From: Escherichia virus TH13
Sequence record: MT446391.1
DNA: 45,377 bases
Direction: 5' to 3' (one strand)
Shown here: in pieces, positions 1 through 8,956 of the stretch
Layout of the letters: each line of letters begins with the position of its first letter
Position numbering within the stretch: the stretch's first letter is position 1
Position numbers and translations under genes: made by a program
The notes under the pieces: model-generated
The model's database searches: none
Seen by the model: the letters and a program-made list of their open reading frames with translations, nothing else
Told to the model about the DNA's origin: nothing

Positions 1-11
1 TAACCATCCTA

Positions 12-36
12 GCCCGCCGATTTGGTGGGCTTTTTT
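12..36 (+). terminator. putative rho-independent terminator upstream of packaging genes
   Basis: stem gcccgcc/ggtgggc (one G-U pair) followed by a T6 run; coordinates approximate. Confidence 0.4.
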
Positions 37-41
37 GTGCC

Positions 42-50
42 TGTTATAAT
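42..50 (+). promoter_or_regulatory. extended -10-like element (TGtTATAAT)
   Basis: tgttataat about 50 nt upstream of the first ORF; no convincing -35. Confidence 0.3.
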
Positions 51-98
51 CCCCTTAGATGGCAGGGCCGTCTCTTATGTTGCCGATGGTCGGCGCAT

Positions 99-671
99 AT
101 GCACAAAAGGGCTTATATCATGGCAGAAATTAAAGTTAAGGGCCGACGCGCCAAACTGGACGGACGAGTAGCAGTAACCCCGCGCCGTAAACCAGGCGAG
201 CAAACCGAGCATACCAATCTCGGACCTGAAATCGAGTACGGCAAGCGCCGTAAAGGCGGCAAATGTGGACGCCCTACTGACTACAGATCCGTTTACTGCG
301 ACCAGCTTCGCCGCTATTTTGCCGACGCCGACGCCTGGCAGGTCAACTACTCCGATAAAGGCGCTGCGCAAGTAATCCCCCGCAACAAAATGCCAACCTT
401 CGGTCGTTTTGCCGCAGAAATTGGCGTAGGCGTTGCCTGCCTGTACCGCTGGGCGCGCGCGCATGAGGAGTTCGCCGAGGCGATGGCGGACGCTATGGAG
501 CTACAGAAAACTTTCCTGATGGAAGCCGGTGGCGTGACCATCGCGGCAGGCTTCGCTACGTTCCTGCTTAAGGCAAACCACGGCGTCCGCGACGATGTGC
601 CGCTGGATGACGACGAAGATGATAACGGCGACGTCGTAGTGGAACCTACCGGCAAAGGCCAGGGTGAATAA
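99..671 (+). CDS. terminase small subunit (putative); start may be the internal ATG at 120
   Basis: 190-aa ORF immediately upstream of and overlapping (TAATG) the large terminase gene; basic N-terminus and acidic C-terminal tail typical of TerS; position-based call. Confidence 0.55.
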   Translation: MHKRAYIMAEIKVKGRRAKLDGRVAVTPRRKPGEQTEHTNLGPEIEYGKRRKGGKCGRPTDYRSVYCDQLRRYFADADAWQVNYSDKGAAQVIPRNKMPTFGRFAAEIGVGVACLYRWARAHEEFAEAMADAMELQKTFLMEAGGVTIAAGFATFLLKANHGVRDDVPLDDDEDDNGDVVVEPTGKGQGE

Positions 672-2056
672 TGCGTAACTATGCGGCAGAACACCGCGCA
701 CTGGAACGCGCGATCGCAAAGCGCAACCGACCGCCGCGCCCGACACGCGTTGCGCAGGCCGTACGCCTTTACCAGCCCGATTGCCTTCCCCACCAGGTGG
801 AACTACTGCGCGACACAAAGACCAAAATACTCGGCCTGTGTTCCGGCTTCGGTGGCGGAAAGTCATGGGTCGCGGCGCGTAAGGTCATCCAGCTTCTGAC
901 ACTGAACCCGGGTCATGACGGCATCGTGACCGAGCCGACTATCCCACTCCTGGTTAAAATCATGTATCCGGAACTGGAGAAGGCTTTCGACGAGGCTGGA
1001 TTCCGGTGGAAGTTCAATAAGCAGGACAAGATTTATAGCGTGCTGGTGAAAGGCAAATGGACCCGCGTTATTTGCGAGTCAATGGAGAACTACACACGTC
1101 TTATCGGTGTTAACGCCGCGTGGATTGTTGCCGACGAGTTCGACACCACGAAGCAAGACGTTGCAATGGCGGCGTATCACAAATTGCTCGGTCGTCTGCG
1201 TGCTGGCTTGGTACGCCAGTTCGTCATCGTGTCCACCCCGGAAGGCTACCGGGCGATGTACCAGATTTTCGAAGTGGAGAAGGACAGCCAGAAACGTTTG
1301 ATCCGGGCGAAGACCACGGACAACCACCATTTACCGGCGGACTTTATAGACACGCTGCGCAGTCAGTACCCAGCTAACCTGATCGACGCGTACCTGAACG
1401 GCCTGTTTGTTAACCTTACGTCGGGCGCGGTGTACAAGATGTTCAACCGCGAGGAGAACGCCAGCACCGAAGAAGTGCAGCCGGACGACACACTGATTAT
1501 CGGTATGGACTTTAACGTCACGAAAATGGCGGCGGTTGTGTATGTCAGACGGCAGCGCGTCACCGAAAACAAGGAGTTCCGCGACGAGATTCACGCGGTG
1601 GATGAATTTGTGGACCTGTTTGACACCCCGGCTATGATTGAGGCGATCGAGGAGCGCTACCCGGAACATTGTGCCGCCGGTAGGGTCGTCGTTTACCCGG
1701 ATAGCAGCGGCAAATCCCGCAAGACGGTCAACGCGTCGTCGTCCGATATCGCACAACTGGAAGACGCTGGCTTCGAGGTGGAGTATGACAGCGTTAACCC
1801 GCCTGTGAAAGACCGACTGATCGCGATGAATACGATGATGTGCAACTCGAAGGGCGTGCGCCAGTATTTTGTCAACCTGGATAAATGCCCTACACTAGCG
1901 AAATGTCTGGAACAGCAGGTGTACGACCTGAAGAAAGGCGAACCGGATAAAACGGCCGGGGTGGACCACATGAATGATGCAGCGGGCTATCCAATTGCGC
2001 ACCTGTTCCCAGTGATTCGTCCGATCGCCGTTGTTCCAACTGTAGACTTCTACTAA
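671..2056 (+). CDS. terminase large subunit
   Basis: 461 aa; Walker A-like GFGGGKS near N-terminus; located between TerS and portal. Confidence 0.8.
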   Translation: MRNYAAEHRALERAIAKRNRPPRPTRVAQAVRLYQPDCLPHQVELLRDTKTKILGLCSGFGGGKSWVAARKVIQLLTLNPGHDGIVTEPTIPLLVKIMYPELEKAFDEAGFRWKFNKQDKIYSVLVKGKWTRVICESMENYTRLIGVNAAWIVADEFDTTKQDVAMAAYHKLLGRLRAGLVRQFVIVSTPEGYRAMYQIFEVEKDSQKRLIRAKTTDNHHLPADFIDTLRSQYPANLIDAYLNGLFVNLTSGAVYKMFNREENASTEEVQPDDTLIIGMDFNVTKMAAVVYVRRQRVTENKEFRDEIHAVDEFVDLFDTPAMIEAIEERYPEHCAAGRVVVYPDSSGKSRKTVNASSSDIAQLEDAGFEVEYDSVNPPVKDRLIAMNTMMCNSKGVRQYFVNLDKCPTLAKCLEQQVYDLKKGEPDKTAGVDHMNDAAGYPIAHLFPVIRPIAVVPTVDFY

Positions 2057-2066
2057 GGAAACGAAC

Positions 2067-3587
2067 ATGACCGTTAACGTTGACAACCAGCACCCCCTCT
2101 ATGCGCGCATCGCGCCAGAGTGGAAAATGATCCGGGATTGTGTAGCAGGGGAGCGCGCTGTGAAGGCGTGCGGCCCTTTGTACCTGCCACATCCTGCCAG
2201 CGGCGACAATACTGACCCGAAATCACGGGCGCGGTATAAGGCGTATAAGCAACGCGCTGTATTCCTGAACGCCACCGCCCGCACACTTAACGCGCTGTTA
2301 GGCGTTGCCTTTGCTAAACCGGTAAGTCTCGACCTTTCCGGGGCGATGGCGGACCTTATTGACGACGTAGACGGCAGTGGTATGCCGCTGCCGCAACTCC
2401 TGCGCGGTGCTATGTCTGAAGTTCTGCAATCAGGTCGTGCGGGCTTTATGGTGGACTACGATCGCCAGGCGCATTTTGATGAACTGGGTAACGTAGTACC
2501 GCAGACAGCCGCTGAGATGGCGTCACACCGCCCGCTTATCCGCCTGTACACGGCAGAACAGATCATCAACTGGCGGCAGACCCACGGAGCCGATACGCTG
2601 ATTGTGCTGAAGGAGACGGACGAAATCAGCACCGAAGACCCGGACGACTTCGCAAACCACGAAGTAACAATCTGGACTGAATTGCGCATGATTAACGGTG
2701 CAGCACACGCCCGCCGCTGGTACTACAACGCCGACACGTCCGAGGTGCAAATGGACTTGCCGCGCGGATTCACCCGCACCGACCTGGTGCCGCTGGTGGA
2801 TGCTACCGGTAAGGCACTGACACAACTTCCGTTTTGCTGGTGTGGCGCGGTGGACAACAACGCAACGCCAGACGCCGCTCCGCTGGCAGATATCGCGTCC
2901 ATCAACATTAAGCACTACAACGCCGAAGCGGACGTCGCCGAGATCGCGCACATCGTGGGCCAACCTACCCTGGTTGCGACGGGCTTGACTCAATCATGGG
3001 CGGACAAGAACCTGAAGGGAGGCATTGCCCTCGGTGCGACTAAGGGCGTTATCCTGGGCCAGAACATGGACGCTAAACTGATCCAGGCGGAGGAGCGCAA
3101 CTTGTCGGTTGCACTGTGTGAGCGTCGCGAGTTGCAAATGGCTAAACTTGGCGCAGCCCTGGTTGAGAAGGGGACCGCACCTAAGACGGCAACCGAGGCG
3201 GCCTACGATGCGCAGACTGATAACAGTATCCTGTCGCTTATTGCCGGTAACGTTGAGAAGGCTTTCAACCGTGCGCTGCAAATCGTGCAGCTATTCACGG
3301 GCGACACCGCCGACCAGCGCGTAACGCTGAACAAGTTCTACACTGAAATCACGGTTGATGCGCAGCTTATGACCGCGATGATGTCGGGTGTGCAGACTGG
3401 TACGGTCCGACTTGCTGACTTCATCAAGTGGATGATGGCCCAGGGCGTCATTGACGACTCGCAAACCGTCGAGCAGGTGGAAGACGAATTGCGAAATCAG
3501 AATCCATTGCCTCAAATGTCCCCTGATGCGGTAGAATCTACCGAAGAAGACCCGGACAAGGTAGCGGACAATGGCGAGAACGATTAA
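2067..3587 (+). CDS. portal protein
   Basis: 506 aa ORF with good RBS (aaggaaac) directly after the terminase; canonical position and size. Confidence 0.75.
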   Translation: MTVNVDNQHPLYARIAPEWKMIRDCVAGERAVKACGPLYLPHPASGDNTDPKSRARYKAYKQRAVFLNATARTLNALLGVAFAKPVSLDLSGAMADLIDDVDGSGMPLPQLLRGAMSEVLQSGRAGFMVDYDRQAHFDELGNVVPQTAAEMASHRPLIRLYTAEQIINWRQTHGADTLIVLKETDEISTEDPDDFANHEVTIWTELRMINGAAHARRWYYNADTSEVQMDLPRGFTRTDLVPLVDATGKALTQLPFCWCGAVDNNATPDAAPLADIASINIKHYNAEADVAEIAHIVGQPTLVATGLTQSWADKNLKGGIALGATKGVILGQNMDAKLIQAEERNLSVALCERRELQMAKLGAALVEKGTAPKTATEAAYDAQTDNSILSLIAGNVEKAFNRALQIVQLFTGDTADQRVTLNKFYTEITVDAQLMTAMMSGVQTGTVRLADFIKWMMAQGVIDDSQTVEQVEDELRNQNPLPQMSPDAVESTEEDPDKVADNGEND

Positions 3588-4674
3588 TCAACATATGGCG
3601 GATCGCATGATCCGTCGTCACATCTTCACCCAGCGCCTGAGCAATGACCAGGCGCGGCGGGTGCTGGCTATGTGGGAGAAGTTCCGGCCCACGTTACTGG
3701 GTAAGCTGACCGAGTTACTTGATGGCAAAAAGTCCATGAGCAACAAGGCACTTACCACACTATTAACGCAACTCGACAAGACCGTCAAAACGGAACTGCG
3801 CGCCGAGTTTAAAGTGCTGGCGGAGAGCCTTCGGGAGTTCGCCGACACCGAGGCTGATTATCTCGCTGACACACTAACGGCAGCGATCCAGCCCGCGGTC
3901 GCCGTGCCAGCGGTCGAAGTAGTGGGCGTTGTTACCGGCGCGCAGATTGCAGCGACGGCAATGAAAAACCAGTTCCAGGGTAACACCATGATGCAATGGC
4001 CTGACTCACTTTCCGAGTGGACCAGGACGCAGATCGGCAATCAGGTGCGCGCTGGATTCATCCAGGGCAAGCCGACTATGGAAATTATTGCGGACGTGAG
4101 GCGCGCGCTCGGCGGTCGAAGTGCGCAAGCTATCTCAAGCGTTGTTAAGTCCGCGGTCAACCACTATGCGGCGACCGCCCGCGAACTAATGGTAAAAGCA
4201 AATGACGATATTCTCGAAGGTCGCCAATGGTTGGCTACATTGGACACGCATACTTCTCCCATGTGCCAGCTACGCGATCGCCTGTTTTATCCGGTTGATG
4301 TTACTCCCGACACCAAAGGAAAGCGCGGCGGGAAAGTGGTGGCGGGGTCACAATATGGCGCTGGTCCGGGCAAGCTGCATTATTGCTGCCGTTCGACGGA
4401 GACGTGGAAAGTCAAAGGTATGGAAGATTGGCCCAGTGGTAAGCGTCCGGCACTGAAGGCTGACGCGGGCAGATTGCTGAGCGAGCAGGTCGACGCGCAG
4501 ACTGATTTCTTCTCATGGGTGCAGCGCCAGCCGCGCCATATTCTGGAAGAATTATACGGAGTGCAACGCGCCGACCAGATTATGCGCGGAGTGAAAGTGC
4601 CGAAGATGTTCACCGATTCCGGCGAACTAATGACTATCGCACAGCTTAAAAACCGGGGGTTATGGCGTGATTAA
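3571..4674 (+). CDS. head morphogenesis / minor capsid protein
   Basis: 367 aa ORF overlapping portal stop; canonical position after portal. Confidence 0.6.
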   Translation: MARTINQHMADRMIRRHIFTQRLSNDQARRVLAMWEKFRPTLLGKLTELLDGKKSMSNKALTTLLTQLDKTVKTELRAEFKVLAESLREFADTEADYLADTLTAAIQPAVAVPAVEVVGVVTGAQIAATAMKNQFQGNTMMQWPDSLSEWTRTQIGNQVRAGFIQGKPTMEIIADVRRALGGRSAQAISSVVKSAVNHYAATARELMVKANDDILEGRQWLATLDTHTSPMCQLRDRLFYPVDVTPDTKGKRGGKVVAGSQYGAGPGKLHYCCRSTETWKVKGMEDWPSGKRPALKADAGRLLSEQVDAQTDFFSWVQRQPRHILEELYGVQRADQIMRGVKVPKMFTDSGELMTIAQLKNRGLWRD

Positions 4675-4996
4675 ATATGCAGCGATTGGACTGGTTATCG
4701 GTCTGGCGGTAGGATTCTGGCTAGGCGACTCCTATCGTACTGGCGTAGTGGCGGAGGCGGCGCAAGAAGCGCAAGCCCAAGCCCAACGGCAGCAAACTAA
4801 AGTTGTTGAGCGCTCCGTGCAGGCCGAACAGGCCCGCGACGTAGAATACCGGACTATAACGAAAGAGGTTGTTAAATATGTTACGCGCCCTAACCGCCCT
4901 GATTGTAGTTTTGATGCTGAGCGCGTGCGGATCAAGCAACGTGCCGTTGATGCCGCTAACGGAGTCGGCACTGCGACCGCCGTGCAAGTTCGATAG
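4667..4996 (+). CDS. i-spanin (Rz-like inner membrane spanin)
   Basis: GTG start with GGGGG RBS; N-terminal TM helix (AAIGLVIGLAVGFWL) then Q/A/E/R-rich coiled-coil periplasmic region; contains the o-spanin gene in the +1 frame. Confidence 0.75.
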   Translation: MIKYAAIGLVIGLAVGFWLGDSYRTGVVAEAAQEAQAQAQRQQTKVVERSVQAEQARDVEYRTITKEVVKYVTRPNRPDCSFDAERVRIKQRAVDAANGVGTATAVQVR

Positions 4997-5108
4997 CCCG
5001 TCCGCAGACCCCGACGAAGACTTGCTGGTCGATGTTAAGAATATGGAATGTGGTGCGAAGCTGAGGGCGCAAGTGCTGGAGTTGCAGAAAATAATTCGGG
5101 GGCCGTGA
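4878..5108 (+). CDS. o-spanin (Rz1-like outer membrane lipoprotein)
   Basis: signal peptide with lipobox LSAC (LIVVLMLSAC GSS), short proline-rich mature region; starts inside the i-spanin gene and extends past it; ORF track start at TTG 4869, ATG with RBS at 4878. Confidence 0.75.
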   Translation: MLRALTALIVVLMLSACGSSNVPLMPLTESALRPPCKFDSPSADPDEDLLVDVKNMECGAKLRAQVLELQKIIRGP

Positions 5109-5121
5109 TGGCCCCCTTTTT
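5098..5121. terminator. bidirectional terminator between spanin genes and reverse-strand moron
   Basis: gggggcc-gtgat-ggccccc hairpin followed by T5; sits between convergent genes. Confidence 0.6.
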
Positions 5122-5122
5122 G

Positions 5123-5887
5123 TTAGCGCGGAATACCGCAAATCTCGTTTAGCGTCTTCACGTCCAGCGCCACCGCCGTGGACTTCGGCTTATCCGGGTA
5201 TGGAATAAACTGTTCAACTTCAGGCCACGCCTTGATCAGTTTCTTATCGGTATTGTGCATATCCAGTACGCCGGTAACTGTTAGTTTGAACGCGTCATAC
5301 TTCGCACGCAATTCGCGGCGGGCCTTGTCGTTGCGATCTAGGCGCTTGCAGAAGTCGTGGTCTGCCGGGTAGTCTACGCGACCGCGCGGAAGATATATCG
5401 GCAGCGATTTTCCGTCCTCGTCCACTTCGCACACTGAAGCCAGCATAACTTCCTCGTACCCCGGTACGATATCACCGAGATCGGGAGATAGCTTGTTCAA
5501 ATATTTCTCTTCCCAGTATCCGCGGTGCAGGCGGTATCGGTATCCATCGCCGCTCAATGATACGGTGCGAACATTACCGCCTGCGTTGATATCGAATCCG
5601 GCGCTATAAACGCTGCCGATGCCTTTTGGCCGGTCGGAGTTATAGCTATACGTCGCCTTGTCGGTGTAAACGCTAACGCCATACATCTGCGACTGGTTAT
5701 CGCGGATTTCTGCGATATATGCGCGTAACTCGGCGAACGTGCGAATGCCTTCCGGCATACAGTCCAGCGTAATGGCGTACGCCAAGTCGCGAGAGTCCAT
5801 CATGATGGATTTTGCTTCGGTCGCGATTTCATGGTCGCGCAGGATGTTAGCCAGAATCTTGTTTTTAACGTCTTTTGTCAGTCTCAT
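5123..5887 (-). CDS. hypothetical protein (reverse-oriented moron in head module)
   Basis: 254 aa from internal ATG (MRLTKDVKNK...) of the 403-aa track ORF; upstream extension would overlap the scaffold gene; no recognisable motifs. Confidence 0.6.
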   Translation of the reverse strand: MRLTKDVKNKILANILRDHEIATEAKSIMMDSRDLAYAITLDCMPEGIRTFAELRAYIAEIRDNQSQMYGVSVYTDKATYSYNSDRPKGIGSVYSAGFDINAGGNVRTVSLSGDGYRYRLHRGYWEEKYLNKLSPDLGDIVPGYEEVMLASVCEVDEDGKSLPIYLPRGRVDYPADHDFCKRLDRNDKARRELRAKYDAFKLTVTGVLDMHNTDKKLIKAWPEVEQFIPYPDKPKSTAVALDVKTLNEICGIPR

Positions 5888-5908
5888 TTTTGCGTCCTCG
5901 TTGTTGGT

Positions 5909-5931
5909 GTGCAACCAATATATGCAACCAA
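5909..5931. promoter_or_regulatory. paired TGCAACCAAT motifs in divergent control region
   Basis: two direct copies of tgcaaccaat 13 bp apart between divergent genes 5123..5887 and the scaffold gene; same motif recurs about 20 times in the window. Confidence 0.45.
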
Positions 5932-6035
5932 TACGCGGATTGCAAGCGAATTTTGCGATTATTTTTATCACTGATAATATTAGAGGCGTGAAGTCGAGCG
6001 GGTGGCCCGCTCTGCCACAATCCCAGGGGGATAGC

Positions 6036-6737
6036 ATGAAACTTACTAAAGCAGAATATGACGCGTTGCCGGAAGGTATGAAGGCGCTTTTTGTTGCCGA
6101 TGGTGACGGGTATAAATCAACGTTCATGACCGCAGAAGAAGTACAGGCGGAGATCAAGGGTCTGAAAGACAACAACGCGAAGCTGGTGAGCGAGAAGAAA
6201 GCAGAAGCTGAACGTCGCGCCGAAGCCGAGCGCCTTGCGAAAGAGAAAGAGGAAGCCGCCGCGCGCAAAAATGGCGACCTCGAAGCGATCGACAAGTCTT
6301 GGAAAGATAAGTTTGCGAAACACGAAGCAGACACATCGGGAAAAATCGAAGCCTATCGCAAGCAGATCCACGATCTAACCATCGGCAGCGCTGCCAAAGA
6401 CCTGGCGTCGAAGCTGTTCGGTAAGAATGCGGGCATCATGCAACGCCACGTAATGGACCGCCTGACGCTGGAAGACGGCGAAGACGGCAGCTTGAAAGTG
6501 CGTGTCTTGCAGGATGGCAAACCGTCCGCGCTGACTATGGAAGAGCTTGAAAAAGAGTTCCGTAATAACGCCGATTTCGCATCCGTCCTGGCCGGCACGC
6601 CAGCAGGAGGCGCTCCTAGCAAACCGACGCAGGTTGTCGAAGATGTGAAGTCTAAAATTACGATGGGCCATAGCTTCGGTATCACCGATCTCACCAAACA
6701 GGCCGGGGATATCATCGCTAAAATGGGCGACGAGTAA
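6036..6737 (+). CDS. scaffolding protein (putative)
   Basis: 233 aa from ATG with RBS caggggga; charged, coiled-coil-like (EAERRAEAERLAKEKEEAAARK); directly upstream of major capsid gene. Confidence 0.6.
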   Translation: MKLTKAEYDALPEGMKALFVADGDGYKSTFMTAEEVQAEIKGLKDNNAKLVSEKKAEAERRAEAERLAKEKEEAAARKNGDLEAIDKSWKDKFAKHEADTSGKIEAYRKQIHDLTIGSAAKDLASKLFGKNAGIMQRHVMDRLTLEDGEDGSLKVRVLQDGKPSALTMEELEKEFRNNADFASVLAGTPAGGAPSKPTQVVEDVKSKITMGHSFGITDLTKQAGDIIAKMGDE

Positions 6738-6834
6738 GCGGATTGCCCGCGAAAGCGGGCAATTTTGCGAGCGCGTAAAACTAAGGTAACATTAATGCCA
6801 CTGGGCGAATGCTCACAACTCAAAGGATTTCGAT

Positions 6835-7935
6835 ATGTCTTTAACAGTGTTCCAGCGTAAACTCGTTACCGCGGTTACGCAAATGATCCCCGACAACCTG
6901 AACGTTTTCAACGCCGCCGCCAATGGCGCTGTTGTTCTCGGTACTGGTGAAGTGCTGAAGGACGTTATTGAGAAAATGTCCGTAGGCTTGATCGCCAACC
7001 TCGTTACCGACCGTAACGCCTACGCCCCCGTCGGCACTCCGGCGACCGCGAAAGTGCTGGCGCGTATGCTAACCAACTCGGTTAACCTTTCCGCAAAAGT
7101 GGGTCCGGTAGCAATCACTAAGGCTATGATGGCTAAGATCGAAACCAACGTTAACAGCGTTGCGGCTGAGATTGCGGCACAGGCTACTCAAGCGATTATG
7201 CTGCACTACCTGAAAGCTGGTATCGGCGCAAGTAAAGCGGCGATCGAAAGCAACGCAGCGGCAAAATACACCCAACCGGCGCGCGTTGACGGCGTTGGCG
7301 GTCGTACCTTCCCGACCCTGGCAGACTTCCCGCTGGCGGCTTCTAAGTTCGGCGATCAGGCGTCTTTGATTAAGTCTTGGTTTATGGACGGCGTTACCTG
7401 GGCAAACTTCATTGCGTACCAGGCACTCCCTTCCGCTGAACAGGTATTCGCAATTGGCGATCTCCAGGTAATGGGTGATGGCCTGGGCCGTCGCTTCATT
7501 ATCTCCGATGCCGCTGCCGATGCTATGGGGGCGGGTAACATGCTGGGTCTGGTCCCTGGCGCGGTTGCAGTTACCACCAACGGCCTCGATATGCTGGCGC
7601 AGGAGAAAGGCGGTAACGAGAACATCGAGCGCTGGTGGCAGGGCGAGTTCGACTTCAACGTGGCTGTTAAAGGCTACCGTCTGAAGGCGTCCGCTCGAAC
7701 CCCGATCGAAGGTGTGCGCTCGTTCAAACTGGACGATATTACCACTTCCGCTAACTGGGAACTGGACCAGGGCCAGGTAGACAACGCACCGGCAACCGTT
7801 CAGGATGTTGGCGCTGTGGGTGATGGCGATACTAAAGGTCGTCGTAAGACCCAGGCCGCACAGGCAGTGCCTACCCGTCACATCAAGGAAACCGCGGGCG
7901 TACTGGTTACGCTGACGGCTACCACCGCGTCTTAA
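6835..7935 (+). CDS. major capsid protein
   Basis: 366 aa, RBS aaagga, follows scaffold gene and is followed by a strong terminator; canonical position. Confidence 0.7.
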   Translation: MSLTVFQRKLVTAVTQMIPDNLNVFNAAANGAVVLGTGEVLKDVIEKMSVGLIANLVTDRNAYAPVGTPATAKVLARMLTNSVNLSAKVGPVAITKAMMAKIETNVNSVAAEIAAQATQAIMLHYLKAGIGASKAAIESNAAAKYTQPARVDGVGGRTFPTLADFPLAASKFGDQASLIKSWFMDGVTWANFIAYQALPSAEQVFAIGDLQVMGDGLGRRFIISDAAADAMGAGNMLGLVPGAVAVTTNGLDMLAQEKGGNENIERWWQGEFDFNVAVKGYRLKASARTPIEGVRSFKLDDITTSANWELDQGQVDNAPATVQDVGAVGDGDTKGRRKTQAAQAVPTRHIKETAGVLVTLTATTAS

Positions 7936-7954
7936 TCGACGCACATCCCAAAGG

Positions 7955-7978
7955 GGCGGGCTTATGCCCGCCTTTTTT
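7955..7978 (+). terminator. rho-independent terminator after capsid gene
   Basis: ggcggg-cttatg-cccgcc hairpin followed by T6. Confidence 0.65.
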
Positions 7979-7993
7979 ATAGGAGTGAATACA

Positions 7994-8494
7994 ATGTATG
8001 GCGACCCGCAAACCTTTGTCGATTATGCCACTGCGCGAGGCGTTGAAATTACGCTGGGCGATGCAACGCGACACATTACCATCGTTAATGACTTCCTTAA
8101 CGGCATCAACTGGATCGGCGAACAGGCGGACCAGACAGGAATAGACGCATGGCCCCGCATCAATTACCCATCGGACGGGAAGCCGGTGCGCGACACGCTA
8201 ACCGAAGCCGTGGCGGTAGTGCCTGTCGGGCAAATCGTAGACTTTGCATCAATCCCCGTTGCCGTTGAGCAAGCTGTTTACCGGCTGGCGCTGTTGGTGG
8301 CGGACGAGATCGATATTTCTCCTGTCGGCGATGGTAAAGAGACTATTCGCGAAACGGTCGGCCCGATCACGATGGAATATGACCCGGCGTCGATTGGTAG
8401 CGGGGTGTCGTTCCCGTGGTGGGATGGCTTGTTAGGCCACTGGGTTGATTCAGGCGGCAACGCCGCAGGCAATTTCGACGTATACAGGGGGTGA
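7994..8494 (+). CDS. hypothetical head-tail joining region protein
   Basis: 166 aa from ATG with RBS aggagtg (track ORF starts upstream at 7964). Confidence 0.5.
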   Translation: MYGDPQTFVDYATARGVEITLGDATRHITIVNDFLNGINWIGEQADQTGIDAWPRINYPSDGKPVRDTLTEAVAVVPVGQIVDFASIPVAVEQAVYRLALLVADEIDISPVGDGKETIRETVGPITMEYDPASIGSGVSFPWWDGLLGHWVDSGGNAAGNFDVYRG

Positions 8495-8495
8495 T

Positions 8496-8615
8496 ATGAA
8501 TCCTGCATTACTCGCAGCTATTATCGCTGCAAATACTAAACAGCCGACGGAACAAGAACCGGAGCCAGAACCAGTACCACCAGCACAGGAGAGTGAAGAA
8601 GATGGCGGGCTTTAA
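8496..8615 (+). CDS. small hypothetical protein (39 aa, Pro/Glu-rich)
   Basis: ATG 3 nt after preceding stop with RBS gggggtga; below ORF-track cutoff; coordinates approximate. Confidence 0.25.
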   Translation: MNPALLAAIIAANTKQPTEQEPEPEPVPPAQESEEDGGL

Positions 8616-8955
8616 TTACGCGGGGTTAAAGCGGAAAGTCAATCCGCTGATTAAAAAGTTCGGCATGACGGCTACGGTGACGCGTCCGGGATCGGTTGAC
8701 CGCGTAGACGGCGACGAAGTGATAATCCCGCCAACGTCGTTCGACGTCATCGGTCTTCGCGAGGAGTACAAGCCTAGCGAGATCGACGGAACGCGTATCG
8801 TTGCCGGTGATGTGAAGTTTTTATGTCGGGCGGTTGAGCAATTGCGGGTGGGAGACCTGGTTAACCTGGACGGCACTGACTACCGGGTCGTCAACCCTAA
8901 CCCACTGCAACCGGCTGGCACTACCATGCTGTTTCAACTACAGCTAAGGGGCTAA
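8602..8955 (+). CDS. hypothetical head-tail connector region protein
   Basis: 117 aa from ATG (MAGFNYAGLK) with RBS caggagag. Confidence 0.5.
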   Translation: MAGFNYAGLKRKVNPLIKKFGMTATVTRPGSVDRVDGDEVIIPPTSFDVIGLREEYKPSEIDGTRIVAGDVKFLCRAVEQLRVGDLVNLDGTDYRVVNPNPLQPAGTTMLFQLQLRG

Positions 8956-8956
8956 C

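Noticed and set aside
5887-6334. N-terminal 149-codon extension of minus-strand ORF 5123..6334 (403 aa)
   Set aside because: The extension runs antisense through the scaffold gene and its promoter region and has no RBS; the internal ATG at 5887 with an upstream control region is the more credible start.
7069-7944. Minus-strand ORF 7069..7944 (291 aa)
   Set aside because: Antisense to the major capsid gene; shadow ORF with Arg/Cys-rich low-complexity translation.
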